From the NCBI GenBank assembly GCA_000002435.2, contig CM018791.1: a stretch of 64,000 bases of DNA. One strand, 5' to 3'. The stretch's first letter is position 1, and the number at the start of each line of letters is the position of its first letter. The DNA is from Giardia intestinalis. Lineage: Eukaryota. Under the pieces are notes generated by a model. The model saw only the letters and a list, made by a program, of their open reading frames with translations, was not told the origin of the DNA and made no database searches. Below are positions 20,701 to 31,800 of this stretch, one piece after another. The position numbers were made by a program, and so were the translations under genes.

Positions 20701-23700
20701 TCAGTAAGGACGTGCATTGCATCTTGTGACTGTGGTGCTTGGGGCCCTACAAAGGTGTATTCCAGAAATTGTGAGAGAAGATTGTAACCATGCTCAGCAA
20801 CCCCTGGGTAAAGCCAAAGGCTATCATCATTGCGCTTCAGGAGGGTTTGAAGGGCATGATATAAAGATGTTGTGCGGTCCAATCTGAGCATGCTTCGGTG
20901 CTCTACGACGCGACGGGACTCCTCACCCAGAAAGAACAGCTTAAGAAGCCGGGGCGATGGCGTCCAAAGAATCCTGCTTGAAAGCAAGCTAGTTTCCGAT
21001 GGTAGCTCGCATGACACAGCCACCAGGAGAGCCTCAGCACAAGTTGGGCTGTGTAGGAAGCTATGTCGAGCACGAATAAGCATCTCCCTAAATGAGCATG
21101 ACCCTTCTATTTCACGCGCAAGTGCATCCGAGCCCATAGACTTGCGCAGCTCCAAGAGAAGCACTTTCGCTGCGTTGTGGAGGCTGCTCGTACAGAAGTG
21201 GTCCAGAAGACAGAAAAGCAGTAGAATGAATGATGATGTCCCCATTCTAACTGAGACTTGCTCTCTGTAGACAGTGACTCGGTTAGCCGTAGCATACTTT
21301 CCAGTGGTATCCTGAGCAGCGTAACGACCTGGTAGATCCCCGTCATATGGACATGTGGCTCGAGAGTTTATCAAAAGGTTTATCGCGTTGGTGACGTTAG
21401 GAATAAGGAACGTCGGATGCCTTGCTAAAACAAGAAGTCGTGCAATGAAGAGAAGGCTGCTGATCACAGACTGCTCTGATGACTCTGGGGGTGTCTGAAT
21501 AAGGGGCTGAGTATTCACCAGAGTATAGATGTGCTGTGAATGCAGCGCAGCAATCGCAGAGTTGGAGACAAACATTGCTGTGGTAGAGAGAAATTCGTGA
21601 TCGGAGAGGAGAATATCCATCATTGATTCAGCGAGAATTGAAAAGTGATCAAGAATGAGAACTTCTGAAATCCCTATGAGAAGATCCTCGTCGGTAGATG
21701 TCAAGGATGAACGCAGACAGATATTAAAGAGCTTAAGGATGCTATCAAAGAGGTGCAGGAGACTACTATGCTTGTTCAGGGTGCGAAGTACCGCAAGAAG
21801 ATTGGTAGACTCGTTATAATTCCGATCGCTCGAGGATAAGTCGCTTAGAACTATCAGTGATATCTCCCTGGCGACTGTGCAAACAGAACGATGCATGTAC
21901 TCAACTCGGACCTTTGCATGGATGCACAGGGACGACGACAAGTATGACTGAAGAAGATCAATCAGTGCAGATTTCCCCCCGATAAAAGATGAATATATGA
22001 TAGAAGTTATCATGTCTTCCAGCGCATGCAGTGGGGTCGCCAACTCCACACTACTAAAACCACCTGCTTCATAGAGGGGTCCTGTTTGGAACGTTATTTC
22101 TGTTAAAGAACTACATATGGTAGCTATGTCTGGTGTGAGGGGGGTGCTAGCCAAGCCTCTAAGAAATATAATAGACTCCGTGGAGTTGGCGCTGGCCAGA
22201 AGAGAGAGTGCCGCCTCCAAGAGTCGTAAATATCGCAGGTTTGTTTGAGCTTCCAAAATGTTATTGTATTTGGGATGTCTGGTAGCAGGGTCGATCGTTA
22301 TGGTGAGAGTCACGGCCAAGCGCAAAAGGACGGAGAAAGCAATCTGAGATACAATCTCTGGATTTATGTCGTAAAGAGCCAGGGTTCGAACGGATTGTTC
22401 CAAGATAAGAAGATCGAAATCGGAGGTGCTCGTCAATGGTGTAAGGTTCGTAGTCAGAGTCTTGAGAAGCTGGTTTCTCGTTGTCTTTAATGTTTGAGGA
22501 ACATAGTCAGACTCGTTCTCAAAAGAGATGACGTCCCTTGCAGTCAGAATTGCAGTAACATCATCAGGTCTTACAAGACCTGGAGCCGATCCTCCTCGGC
22601 CCTCGTAGTTCACGTGCACGCCAGACACGCTGATATGCTGGATCCCAAAAGCAGTCTCCCTAACCATTTCTACTGGCGCATGTTTAGCATTAGACCTCGG
22701 AGCAGGTGAGAATTCATCTTTTATAAACAGGTCTGCACCACCGATTGTGATGATAAGCTTATTGATAAGGTAAATGCTGAATGGTGCAGCGTAAGAGGTC
22801 ACAGCATTGTATATCTTACTATTTAATTTGGTAGACACCATGCTAATATCAAATCCGCCGTACCCTACAGTTTCCTGGCCATATGCGCCAATGTGAGCAG
22901 CCTTCTGCGAGTTAACAAGATCAGCCAATGGTTTGGTGAGGGTTGTGTCTGCTGTATTTCTTAACAGCGTCTTCATGCAATTAACTCCGTAAGCAGGACA
23001 GTGAGCAAGACCCTGGGTAATAGAGATAGCCCCTAGGATTTGGCCAGGAGTGTCCAGCTCTGAAAAAATCCATCCCAGTATAAGGGAGACGATATTATCG
23101 CTATTGAGACCTCGAAATGCGTGATCTCCGCCAACGGCAAGCATGCATCCGACGCAGGCCATAAGTCGAGAGCAATACATGTGCATGTTTGGGAGCTCAA
23201 CAGCTCCAAGTGTCATCCCCAAATGCCCAGCACTGTGAGCGCCTCCCCCAAGCATTGGCTCTAGGCTTCCTGCAGCAGTGGCAAAGTTGTGCCTATCGTA
23301 GCGACTTATTCCAACGTTAGCGATACTTTTCCGTTGACCGTGGGAGCTCTGAAGTGCATCAATCTCAGACCGCTCGTAATCCAGGCACTTATCCATCAAA
23401 AAGCCTACAAGTTCATAGTACGTCCGTGCCTCCTCGAATCTGCACTGCTTAACGATAGGATCCATCCAGCTGAATGTTGTTCCGAAAAGAGCCCCCAGCG
23501 TGTTATACAAAGATGGCAAAATCGCCAGAAAATCGTCATGAACAAGTGTGCACAAACCGTCGGTAACCTTGCCTAGGCTCACAGTTATAGGTGGAACAAA
23601 GCGGAGAGTTCGATCTGTCTCTAGATAAAGAGAAACACCGGCCATTGCCAGACGCAGGACCACATCTGTGAATTCCGTCAAGGAGATCTGATCCAGTAGG

Positions 23701-25028
23701 TAATCCCTATATTCCGCTTCGTTGGAGGCATTTATGCCGGTCATTGGGTTGTTATTACCAGGGTCATCCATATGTTTCACGTGGTAACAGATCCTCGCAA
23801 AGTTAATAAATACCCCAAAAGATGGCGCTGGAAACTCTGCAATGTGAAGAATAGGCTTTACGGATGTATAGTCCAACAGGGAGCTTATAACGTTGTCATC
23901 CATCAAATGGCGGGAGAGGTACGTTCTAACGAGGCTCAGCTTTTCCTCAAATTCAATTACTGAAGGGTATTCTTTAGCGCCCGGCTGACGATGAACGGGC
24001 TGGGCAATACTGGTGGCCACGCGGCCAAAGGCAGTCTGCTTCTCCTGTTCTGCAAAGAGCTGGTTTCTGCTCAAAGACCCTAACTTCATAGTCTCTTTCC
24101 GTGCACGTAGCGCAGGATCAAGTTCTTGCTGGCACAGTTCGGTAAATGTAAGTTGAACTATCTCTGCAAGACTCTCCTGCGAATATGACGGCTTGAACGT
24201 AGAGAACACACAATACAGCCAGAAGAATGCAGTACGTGCAGCGCTGCTCGTGGCGGCAGTGGACATAATGGGAATCAGGTCACAAGCATAGAGGTTCCGA
24301 GCACTCTGTACAGCTTGGTCAGGCCCGGGTAGCTCAGCACAGTTAACGTAGGCCGAGACATACGTCACAGAAAGGATATGCGTAGCCATCGTAACGTTGC
24401 TCATCACTCTCTGAAGGACTACCGGAAGTGCATAGAAGCATTTGTGTAGCTGCTCTAGGACGGCCTCACTAGTCTGAGCAAGACGGCAGCACATTGCCAC
24501 GAATTGCGCAGACGGTCTTTTGGCCGTGGACAAGCAATACAGAACGATTGATGCGTGCCTCAGATCTTCGGCTACTAGCTGGGCAGTCAGAAGTTGTACT
24601 GGGGAAGGTTGGGCAAGGACAGCTGGTGTAAGGACTGTACCCTGTCCCGTTACTAGACTGGTAACAGAATCGACTAGCCGAGTGGGAAGGTTGCTTTGCC
24701 AGATCTCTGTCAAACAGGTAGCTAAGTGGGTGTTGGAAGGAGATCCTTGAAGAGCATGGCAGAGAGATATAAGGGCTCTATATGCATGGGCACGTAGTGA
24801 GAATTTTGCTGCTACAGAAATGGCTTCGTCTGAAAGGCCGGCCTCTCTCCCCTGTTCCTTTACTTCGTCAGATATTTGTGGAGAAAGGCCGAGATCGATG
24901 TGTCCCAGAAGCGTCTGCGGCAACCTCTGCAGTGAGGGTACGTGGGCCTCGATGTCCTCTGGGTCCAGCTCTCTAATACTCTTGAATAGTGCACAGCATT
25001 CTGAGTAATACACTAGATCTCCGTCCAT
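17736..25028 (-). CDS. Large hypothetical protein, 2430 aa, predominantly alpha-helical and leucine-rich. No catalytic motif was recognised.
   Basis: Uninterrupted 7.3-kb ORF with ATG at 25028 and TAA at 17736-17738. The composition looks like HEAT/ARM solenoid sequence. There is no Walker A, kinase, WD or ankyrin signature. Assigning a function needs a profile search. Confidence 0.7.
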   Translation of the reverse strand: MDGDLVYYSECCALFKSIRELDPEDIEAHVPSLQRLPQTLLGHIDLGLSPQISDEVKEQGREAGLSDEAISVAAKFSLRAHAYRALISLCHALQGSPSNTHLATCLTEIWQSNLPTRLVDSVTSLVTGQGTVLTPAVLAQPSPVQLLTAQLVAEDLRHASIVLYCLSTAKRPSAQFVAMCCRLAQTSEAVLEQLHKCFYALPVVLQRVMSNVTMATHILSVTYVSAYVNCAELPGPDQAVQSARNLYACDLIPIMSTAATSSAARTAFFWLYCVFSTFKPSYSQESLAEIVQLTFTELCQQELDPALRARKETMKLGSLSRNQLFAEQEKQTAFGRVATSIAQPVHRQPGAKEYPSVIEFEEKLSLVRTYLSRHLMDDNVISSLLDYTSVKPILHIAEFPAPSFGVFINFARICYHVKHMDDPGNNNPMTGINASNEAEYRDYLLDQISLTEFTDVVLRLAMAGVSLYLETDRTLRFVPPITVSLGKVTDGLCTLVHDDFLAILPSLYNTLGALFGTTFSWMDPIVKQCRFEEARTYYELVGFLMDKCLDYERSEIDALQSSHGQRKSIANVGISRYDRHNFATAAGSLEPMLGGGAHSAGHLGMTLGAVELPNMHMYCSRLMACVGCMLAVGGDHAFRGLNSDNIVSLILGWIFSELDTPGQILGAISITQGLAHCPAYGVNCMKTLLRNTADTTLTKPLADLVNSQKAAHIGAYGQETVGYGGFDISMVSTKLNSKIYNAVTSYAAPFSIYLINKLIITIGGADLFIKDEFSPAPRSNAKHAPVEMVRETAFGIQHISVSGVHVNYEGRGGSAPGLVRPDDVTAILTARDVISFENESDYVPQTLKTTRNQLLKTLTTNLTPLTSTSDFDLLILEQSVRTLALYDINPEIVSQIAFSVLLRLAVTLTITIDPATRHPKYNNILEAQTNLRYLRLLEAALSLLASANSTESIIFLRGLASTPLTPDIATICSSLTEITFQTGPLYEAGGFSSVELATPLHALEDMITSIIYSSFIGGKSALIDLLQSYLSSSLCIHAKVRVEYMHRSVCTVAREISLIVLSDLSSSDRNYNESTNLLAVLRTLNKHSSLLHLFDSILKLFNICLRSSLTSTDEDLLIGISEVLILDHFSILAESMMDILLSDHEFLSTTAMFVSNSAIAALHSQHIYTLVNTQPLIQTPPESSEQSVISSLLFIARLLVLARHPTFLIPNVTNAINLLINSRATCPYDGDLPGRYAAQDTTGKYATANRVTVYREQVSVRMGTSSFILLLFCLLDHFCTSSLHNAAKVLLLELRKSMGSDALAREIEGSCSFREMLIRARHSFLHSPTCAEALLVAVSCELPSETSLLSSRILWTPSPRLLKLFFLGEESRRVVEHRSMLRLDRTTSLYHALQTLLKRNDDSLWLYPGVAEHGYNLLSQFLEYTFVGPQAPQSQDAMHVLTDLGGEFFTDLFIKTGLIARRARRLQDAALNNGAMGDPVRDETDLQLMNKTTAVLFATASCLRLMTIYLHIIFNSSNLVRDITVSELISGLFGLVIGTLCYPQCNEDSLDRLLETLPPADREKMRPPRTPAKFDSFSHDAIQVITMAAAEAFSANTGTDYLNLYEIIIECMQILSDTPKPELSDVSQHAILPAVSNLTGQGLRYAPLVSQTKLRTQLILSPLTQDQREKVMRDSVLINNNACLMEGFTAFLRALNNLQSGAYRTICDSIRAGLLSNCGKVIPLSALMNTYLVSSIVPLNCYVYVKDRILTNIVPEILDEMLFAIQQAAVLIKQQICSADSGDIFFLSASCFNWLKLSVRVLANIVPDHNECSLQHAFSATASVMQTICHIANVASERGAFMISFLEKLSSELNVQSYFSDAFRIAMSTVGTCSSKVLSPEIKEYTGHAALTMIQSTIELIDILLAFSSVTEEVSTLFTEFLHRLVNQGTMTDLFETVLGIGRTLFSLVAPLKTTSLVTQSVAMSRRIDTAKSHFKALAVAPLGTATVDKLGSLADVPELAGAFQQTNAPDHISTGMAAGILPYNITPAGTLFVRGLLLLVARLANWCRDQLLIESYVGRLVEEGSGWNELLKLLSFNTLRERMADGTDSIDQTFRSFFVDGTNSLEEIYELAAGKSAVGEIITTSQYNALMSSFLFRIHSVGYAFLSMLATIVSVTPDRHQKSGLTQKNTKSLVPSHFYTAIVPNIISNIHILMSLKASVQPGIKFCRESPLPLILTLVLGEVDKCLAIVFADGVHSNEIVRSLCNFLCVTSDILGQTVPPIQSSMQQGISYYPLPTAAFIPPISSAVSCLLEYIIYSLSGVTGATVGVGGAVTSQLLTVTRDIGSSVIPLFDGILFALTSFSSNDTLDENNCLQCIERIEYILLVLLQPEYQLIIDKAYSGDVVSRPNVGYVDMSNKLEHIMLTVTESDSQATGNLVKIIRSILKCHV

Positions 25029-25096
25029 TTCTACTCAGCGCAATCGGGGGAGAGACGGAAGAGGCCTAAGGTCTCGAATTTTTAATTTACACCAAA

Positions 25097-25798
25097 TTAC
25101 TGAACCAGGTCCGTTGTCTTGATGGTGATGATATCTGGATAGCTCCTGATCAAGTCCTCGATCCCTTCCTGAGAAATGCGCGCAGCAGGCGGCTGACCAC
25201 TCTGTTGTGGTGGCTCCGGAGGCATGCTGAGACGTTGCTGGCGTCTTATCTGCTGCTCCATGGTAAGAGGCTTCAAGGCCGGTGGGAAGATAAGCGCCGC
25301 AATTGGGCGGTAAATGCGACTAAGAAGAACCTGCACCACGGTCGTTGAGACGTTTCCGGGCTTGTAGGATGCCCCACTGAAAATATTGAGAGCCCTGGCA
25401 ACGATAGAATCGGGTATGTTGACACGGCAAAGAATGCTGTTTTCTCTGAAGATGCTGAAGAAAAGTCGCACTGCAAAGCTGGGGATAAATGCGAGCCATT
25501 TTGCATGAGAGGGCTGCTCTACGGGTTTGAGTAGAAGATCAAAGAGCTCATTTTCCTGGGCTATATAGTAGGTGTTCAGGACTCTATGACGGTACGTGCC
25601 TCGCTCCTCCTTGTTCATATCCTTCTTTATCTGCTCAAGTTTCTCCTGGTGAGCGGATACTTCCGTTTTATGTGTATGCCGTGTATAGGCCATGGCCAAC
25701 TCTATAACAAAGACAAGCGGGCCGATGAACATGATGTTTTGCTTATGCTCCTTTGTCTGCATAGACCACCAAGCCTGTATGGAACCCACGATCCCCAT
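25097..25798 (-). CDS. Small membrane protein, 233 aa from the first ATG. Possibly Get1/WRB-like (CHD5 family, tail-anchored protein insertion receptor), at low confidence.
   Basis: The track ORF starts at TTG 25867 and the first ATG is at 25798 (MGIVGSIQAWW). The predicted order is a TM segment (IMFIGPLVFVIELAMAY), a charged coiled coil (HQEKLEQIKKDMNKEERGTYRHRVL), then a second TM segment (HAKWLAFIPSFAVRLFFSIF). That second segment resembles the WRB TM2 region (KIKWVISVAFYVLQAAL). A third hydrophobic segment follows, then a Pro/Gln-rich tail. Confidence 0.5.
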   Translation of the reverse strand: MGIVGSIQAWWSMQTKEHKQNIMFIGPLVFVIELAMAYTRHTHKTEVSAHQEKLEQIKKDMNKEERGTYRHRVLNTYYIAQENELFDLLLKPVEQPSHAKWLAFIPSFAVRLFFSIFRENSILCRVNIPDSIVARALNIFSGASYKPGNVSTTVVQVLLSRIYRPIAALIFPPALKPLTMEQQIRRQQRLSMPPEPPQQSGQPPAARISQEGIEDLIRSYPDIITIKTTDLVQ

Positions 25799-25845
25799 TT
25801 TAAAAATCGTTTTTAGGCCAGAGCTAAGACCTAAAGACTGGGTGT
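25799..25845. promoter_or_regulatory. 47-bp divergent intergenic spacer with an AT-rich element (ttttaaaaatcgttttta), a presumed bidirectional core promoter
   Basis: It lies between ATG 25798 (minus) and ATG 25846 (plus). An AT-rich tract directly abuts both start codons. Very short AT-rich initiator regions upstream of ATG are known for diplomonad genes (established knowledge). The sequence is not matched to a specific motif. Confidence 0.4.
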
Positions 25846-28800
25846 ATGGCGTCTCTTCTTGTTCCAAAAGCTTTCTCTCACCTTACCAAGGGGCAAGATG
25901 GAACGTCCACTTTCAAAAGGGTTTCTTCTCCCATCAGATCAAAGTCAATCTCATCATACCTAGCCGCTAATACACGTTATTTAAAAGTCGCGCCAGCCTC
26001 TCTTCCCAAGAAGCTGGATCTTGATAGCTTTATTAACCAGGAAAAGGTTCGCACTAGTAATGTGCGAGATCTGGAGACCATGGCCGAGCTGATGAACCTG
26101 GCCCCGAGTGCAACGGTGGATCCAAAGGAGGTGAGAGCAAACTTCGTTTTAGAACAGATACTGGAGCAAAACCTGGAGGTATGTTCTGGGAAGGGATATA
26201 TGAAGCCCGGAATTACCGAGCATGCTGATCAGTGGCACGAAGTAGACATTGTTGGAGTTTCCAACGATGCGTTTCGCGTTCTGTTTCCACAGCTCGAGAT
26301 GTTTCGGCAGGCAAAAATACATAATATTATTATTGAGGGTCTTCAAGTGAAGCAAACCCCCTTGACTCTGGACACAGATATGGAAGGCACAGTGGAAAGT
26401 TCAGGGATTTCATTAGATTGTCTCACAGGAGATGACTTGATGGAGCTTTTTAAGCTATCCTTTCGGTCAGAAGACAAAACTTTCTTCAGGTCTCCTACTG
26501 GGGTTTACCATATTCGTAACGACAAAGCCGTATCAGCGTTTTTGGAATCTAGAAAACGAGACCGTGAAGCCGTGCTGGCTGCTTCTAGAACTGCAGTGGA
26601 ATCCCAACACTTCCCAGAGCACACGTATCCAAGTACCCTGGACCTATCGGGCACCGATGAGACAATGGACATGCAGTTAAAAGATTTGGAGGTAACTGCC
26701 ACAAGAGCTACTGGCGTTAATCCAGAAGATACCTCCGATCTATCAGTCTTTACCATCACGTCTAACCCTAGAGATGAACTACAGCGTTCTAAGCCACATG
26801 AGTTTCAGTTCCGGCAATTCCTTAAGGAAGACACACCTTTAATATCTCTTCCCACGGGAGAGCCTCACAGTTACAAGAGCAATCTCAGGGGTTATTTGGA
26901 AGCCTCAGAAACGGAAATATCATCTTCCCAACTGCAAAACAGACAGTATGGAGCTACCAAAGGATACCACGCATCTGTCCTTCTATCATCCACAGCAAAT
27001 CAGACTAATATCACAAGTGCACTTGTGCCTGCAACTAGTGATCGCAAAAAAGATCAGATACCAGCTGATGACTCAAGCAGACTTGTCAGCGAAAGCTTCG
27101 ACATCCTAAGCACCCTCGATATCCTAGAAAGACGAGACAAGGAGGCCGTGGCAATAGCATCCCCACCAAAGTTGGCCCACACAGAATGTGCACCAATAAT
27201 AAACACAACAAACAGCGCATACGCATACGCACACGCACACGCACACGAGTCATCAGAAAAGGTAGCCTTTCAGTATATCGACCGCAACAATCAAGTGATT
27301 GTGCGCGACATCAACGAGCAATTCCTTCAGAAGTTCTCCAGGATACACATCTATCAACGGATGAAGGAGAGCTTTGAGGCGGCGCTTAAAAGGCTAAACC
27401 AGCTTGTCGAAGAAAAGAGCACTGCTAATAGACCGTACTTGGACTTTCTTTCCACTGCATACATTGGGCACACTCTCTTCTATAATCTCAAAACGCGCTT
27501 GAGTGAAGACTACTGCATCGATTGCGTAGCTGAGATCGAGGAGCGTCGACTGCGTGTGAAAAATCGCGAACGAGACTATAATTTATTCATATCCACACTC
27601 CAGGCCATTAAAGACAAATCAGAGCAGCTTCAAGATATACGTAGCAAGTCTGTTTGCGGATTCACAACAGTGGTCACGGCCCCTCCTCTCCCCATCCTGC
27701 CGTCCATTTACAAGGAAGACCAAAAAGAGGACAAATCCGTTGCTAAAAGAGCCACTTTCTGTGCTGCATCTGCGCTGGAGGATGAGGCATCGGAAGAGTA
27801 CGTATTAACTTTAATGCAGCTTCGCCAAAGGCGGGAACGCGTATATGATCATTTTGAGAACATGATAGCGGGGCACAAGCAGGTGCGTTCTGCCGCAGTC
27901 GAGCTATGCTTGAGTGCCATTAATACTAGTCGTGTCAAGCTAGAAAGTCTTGTTAATCCTGCGCTTAAGCGTACAGCTCAGTTTGATGGCTTTGATGCTC
28001 TCGATAACCTGTACAAAAGCTACATCGATCATGCGCTGAGGACCGATTTTGCCACTGAAATTATTGAGCAAGCAGATAGAGACCCAAGCCACGAACTGTA
28101 CTGGTGTGCACGGCAACTCCTCCGACTCAAGCATTCCAGCTACAAGAACTATCAGAAGTACAAGTATCCTAGCTTCTGTCCTCATCGCCGGGAAGCCTTT
28201 GAAAATGCTCGTACGGCCTTGATGGAGAACAAGATATTTTGGGGGGCATCTGAGTACAAGCGTGTGTTCAGTGATCTCATGTCCACGGTGCAGGAGCATC
28301 TGCAATACCTTATACTCACCCCAGAGCTGCTTACACATCTTCAGGACACATTCATCCCGAAAATAAGTGATTATCTCTTTGCGAATATGGTTTTCCAGAC
28401 AGACATAGACAAGGACACTAAAGCTCTTCTCTCTAGACCAAGTACTGGAAGGGTCAATCTGCAGAATGCACTACAGACGCTCCCCGGCGGGGCCAGCCCC
28501 GATAAAATTTCCTATGCATCAGAAAGCTCTGTGCGAGCAGATAACGGCCATCAGAAAAGACCAAGAGAGGACCCCGAGGACCGTGATGTTAACGTCCAGG
28601 CCACCAATCAAACACTAAATCCTGTTCTCAAAAGACCAGTCAATCAAGAACTAACAAGTGGGGCAGACCTACCGATTCTCAACGCTGCCTACAAACCCAA
28701 GAATGCCTACGAATGGATTCAGCGTAGATACTGGCAGATTCAAAGCAACCGTGAGCAAGATATCTTCCGACGCAAAGAAGAACTGGCACGCCGAGACGCT

Positions 28801-31800
28801 GAAGAGGCTGCTAAGACCGCGTCCGCCCTGATGACCAAAGACTTCAGCTATAAGCCTGGAGGGCGCACGCAAGCTGAGGAAATATACGAGAAGATCTTCA
28901 AGTTTCCTGCTCCAGGCGAGACGAACTTCATGGAGAAACTCAGCGTTTATCTGGCTAACTGTTTTATCTTGCTTTATGAAGTCCTCTTTCCATTTATTCA
29001 AGAGTCCCTCATGCTAAACTTTTCGGACCTTGCCTTTGAGCAGATGACCAGGAAGGTGAAAGCATACTGCAACTTAACGGGGATTTCACGGGACTCTCTC
29101 GCTGCAGATATTGCGTTTGAATTTCAGTGCCAAGCTCTTGAAGAAAATAGGCTCCTACTTCGTAAGGTACAGAAGAAATTTGAGATTCTTCTCTTTAAAC
29201 TACTATACACCTACGTAATGGAGGACATTTACCCCCAATGGTCCGTCTTTATCCTCCTCCTCTTTCATGGAGCTGACCGGGACATGCGCTACATTGCTCA
29301 ATCCAAGGCCCTAACCTCGTTTAGCCACGTTCTAAATACTTCGCGGTTTAATGACGAGTACATGGGCATTCTTAAAAAGGCGCACGATCTGAACATCACA
29401 ATGGGGTACGCAAAGCTTTACACTGACGTTGAGAAGCTTGACAGCCTATCTATGAGCTCTCTTGGCGGATTTGTGGCTCCTAACTGTACAGCTGACTTCA
29501 CGCAGAACTCCCCACTGGCCATTCAATTGAATAGAACACTTGCAGACGCAATGATGAAAAATATCAGTCTTATCAGTGATATAAATAGAACCAATGGCAA
29601 AGCACCTCAAGCAATGGTACTTGACGCACGTGGAGCTAACGCTCACTCTACTATCTGTTCAACACATCCCACGGCAGTTGTGCAAGATGTTCCTGAAACA
29701 ACCACAGGTGATGCTTACCTCTTCACGTCTGCAGATGTCCTCACCATTTCTGTCCAGCGAATCCAGAACATCACAGAGATGCATGACTTTATCTACTCTC
29801 AACCTACTCAGTGGTACTTCTCTGAGAGAATTATAACAGACATTAGGTACCTAAACAAAGAAGAGGAAGTTCAGTTCTCGTTGGCTGAGTCACGGATGAA
29901 GGAAATTATCTCTTTATTTGCCAATACCGAATGCGTACTCTCTGCCGTTAGAAATCAACGCGGGCTTTTGACTAATCTACTCTTCACGCCGTCTCCAAAT
30001 GATATTTTCTCCAGTTTACCTATGTTTGTCTACGACCTTGTGGATTTTTATTCCTCGTGTCCAGTTTTTGCTGACAACCTATTTCCAGAACCAGGATCAT
30101 CAAGCAAGGATCCTGCCACACGCCCCTTTGGTGCCAAGTACAATATACCTACTACAACCGATAATATGAACAACTTTACGTTTGAGGCTATTGCCCGGTT
30201 GGGAAACGACGAGCCCCTCCAAAGGGTTATCCACGAAGTCATCACTACAGACAATAGTCTACCTATACGGAGCGGATCTGATCTCATGGTGACCCTAGGC
30301 AACAACTCATCGTTGCTTGCCGGTATCAGTCGTCGGTCCATGAAGAAGACAAACGCTAAGAAGGACATATTACGGCGTACGTTGCTTAGGAGCACAAGCC
30401 ATCAGGTTTCCTCACGAGCTGCCGTTCGCGCTAGCGGAAGAAGCATCAACTTTGGTTACTCGTCGCAGGAAAGTCCGGGAGAATCTCGACGGCGTGCACG
30501 TAGCAAGCTCACACAGTACAGAACTCGCAATGCCAGCCCACCCACTGTGCCCATTCGCACGTCCCAAGTCGTTCCAGAAGGAGACGTCCCCTTTATGGAC
30601 ATGACGGGGAAATCAGACCTTACTACCGTCGCCAACATCTCTTTTAATATCAAAACTAGAAATACTACATATTCACAGCAGGTCGCATCGTTCTTTGACA
30701 CCCATGGTCGGATTGGAACCTACATGGAGGCAAGAAAGTGTAACCGCTTGCACTATGAGCCACCAACCATCCTCTATAGACTAGCAAATCTCACCAAGCA
30801 TGCAGCACTCAATCTCAAAAACTACTTAGATATGGTTCTTGCTTTCTTGATGCGATATGCTAAAGAGAGTCTCAAATTTGCAGAGCGGCTGTTGAACGCG
30901 CAAGAACTGGTTCCCAGCTTCATAATTGAAAGAAATTGGCAGGTGCAGAGCTTACTGAACAAAACGCAAACTCGCATAAAGGAGTACTATAAAGCAGCGC
31001 GCATGTCGCTCCATGCAACATTCAAAGACAGGCACTGTGAGGAAAAGACGAAGGCCTCTGGGAAGGAGGCTTTACAAGAGCAAAGGCTATTATCAGAGCA
31101 TGCCCACGACCACGGAGCGCCTTCGCTTCCCCCAAGAAGGCCCTCATGTGGTGACAGTACGACTGAGCCAAACAGTATATTCGGTGACACCTTTATAGAC
31201 AGAGAGCTTCCGTTCGTTTATGAAGCTGAGCTTCTGTCCCAGTTCTTGCGGTCTGATGTCCTTCTAACAGCATTCACGGCTGATTATGTCACTGGCTCAG
31301 CTCCTCCAGAAATTCTTTTGTCCCAGATAATGTCACTAACAAATAAGTCGAGCTACGTTTCCAGAGCACTTCTAGCTGCATATCATTTATACGATGGCTT
31401 CTGGTGCTTAACCGTTATGCCCACAGAGTGCTTTTTCGGAACGCTCAAACTAGACCTTAAGCAAGTACTTGTTCGGCTACGGCATATTTACGAGAACATT
31501 TTCTTGTTAGCAGCGTCGCGTATCGATGATTATATATACTTAGCCTCACGGGTTGCCCAGACATGTGTACAGGCAATGCAGCTCTCCTTTGGCTCCGCCA
31601 AGTTTTCTACTCTGGAGGAGATAGGGATGTCCTTTAGCCTCTTTAGGACATTCATGCACAACATTCCTGTCTGGGGTGAATACCTCAGTACCATGCAAGG
31701 TGTGGAGAATCATCTCTCAGAGGTCGCGTACGGAACGAAAATAAGCTCAGTCTATGCAAATTTGCTTCGATATCGCATCCAGGTGTCTAGGATGCTCTTT

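Noticed and set aside
25799-25867. TTG-initiated N-terminus of the 256-aa minus-strand ORF, overlapping the start of the giant ORF
   Set aside because: It is a non-ATG start. Using ATG 25798 removes the overlap and leaves a 47-bp divergent promoter.
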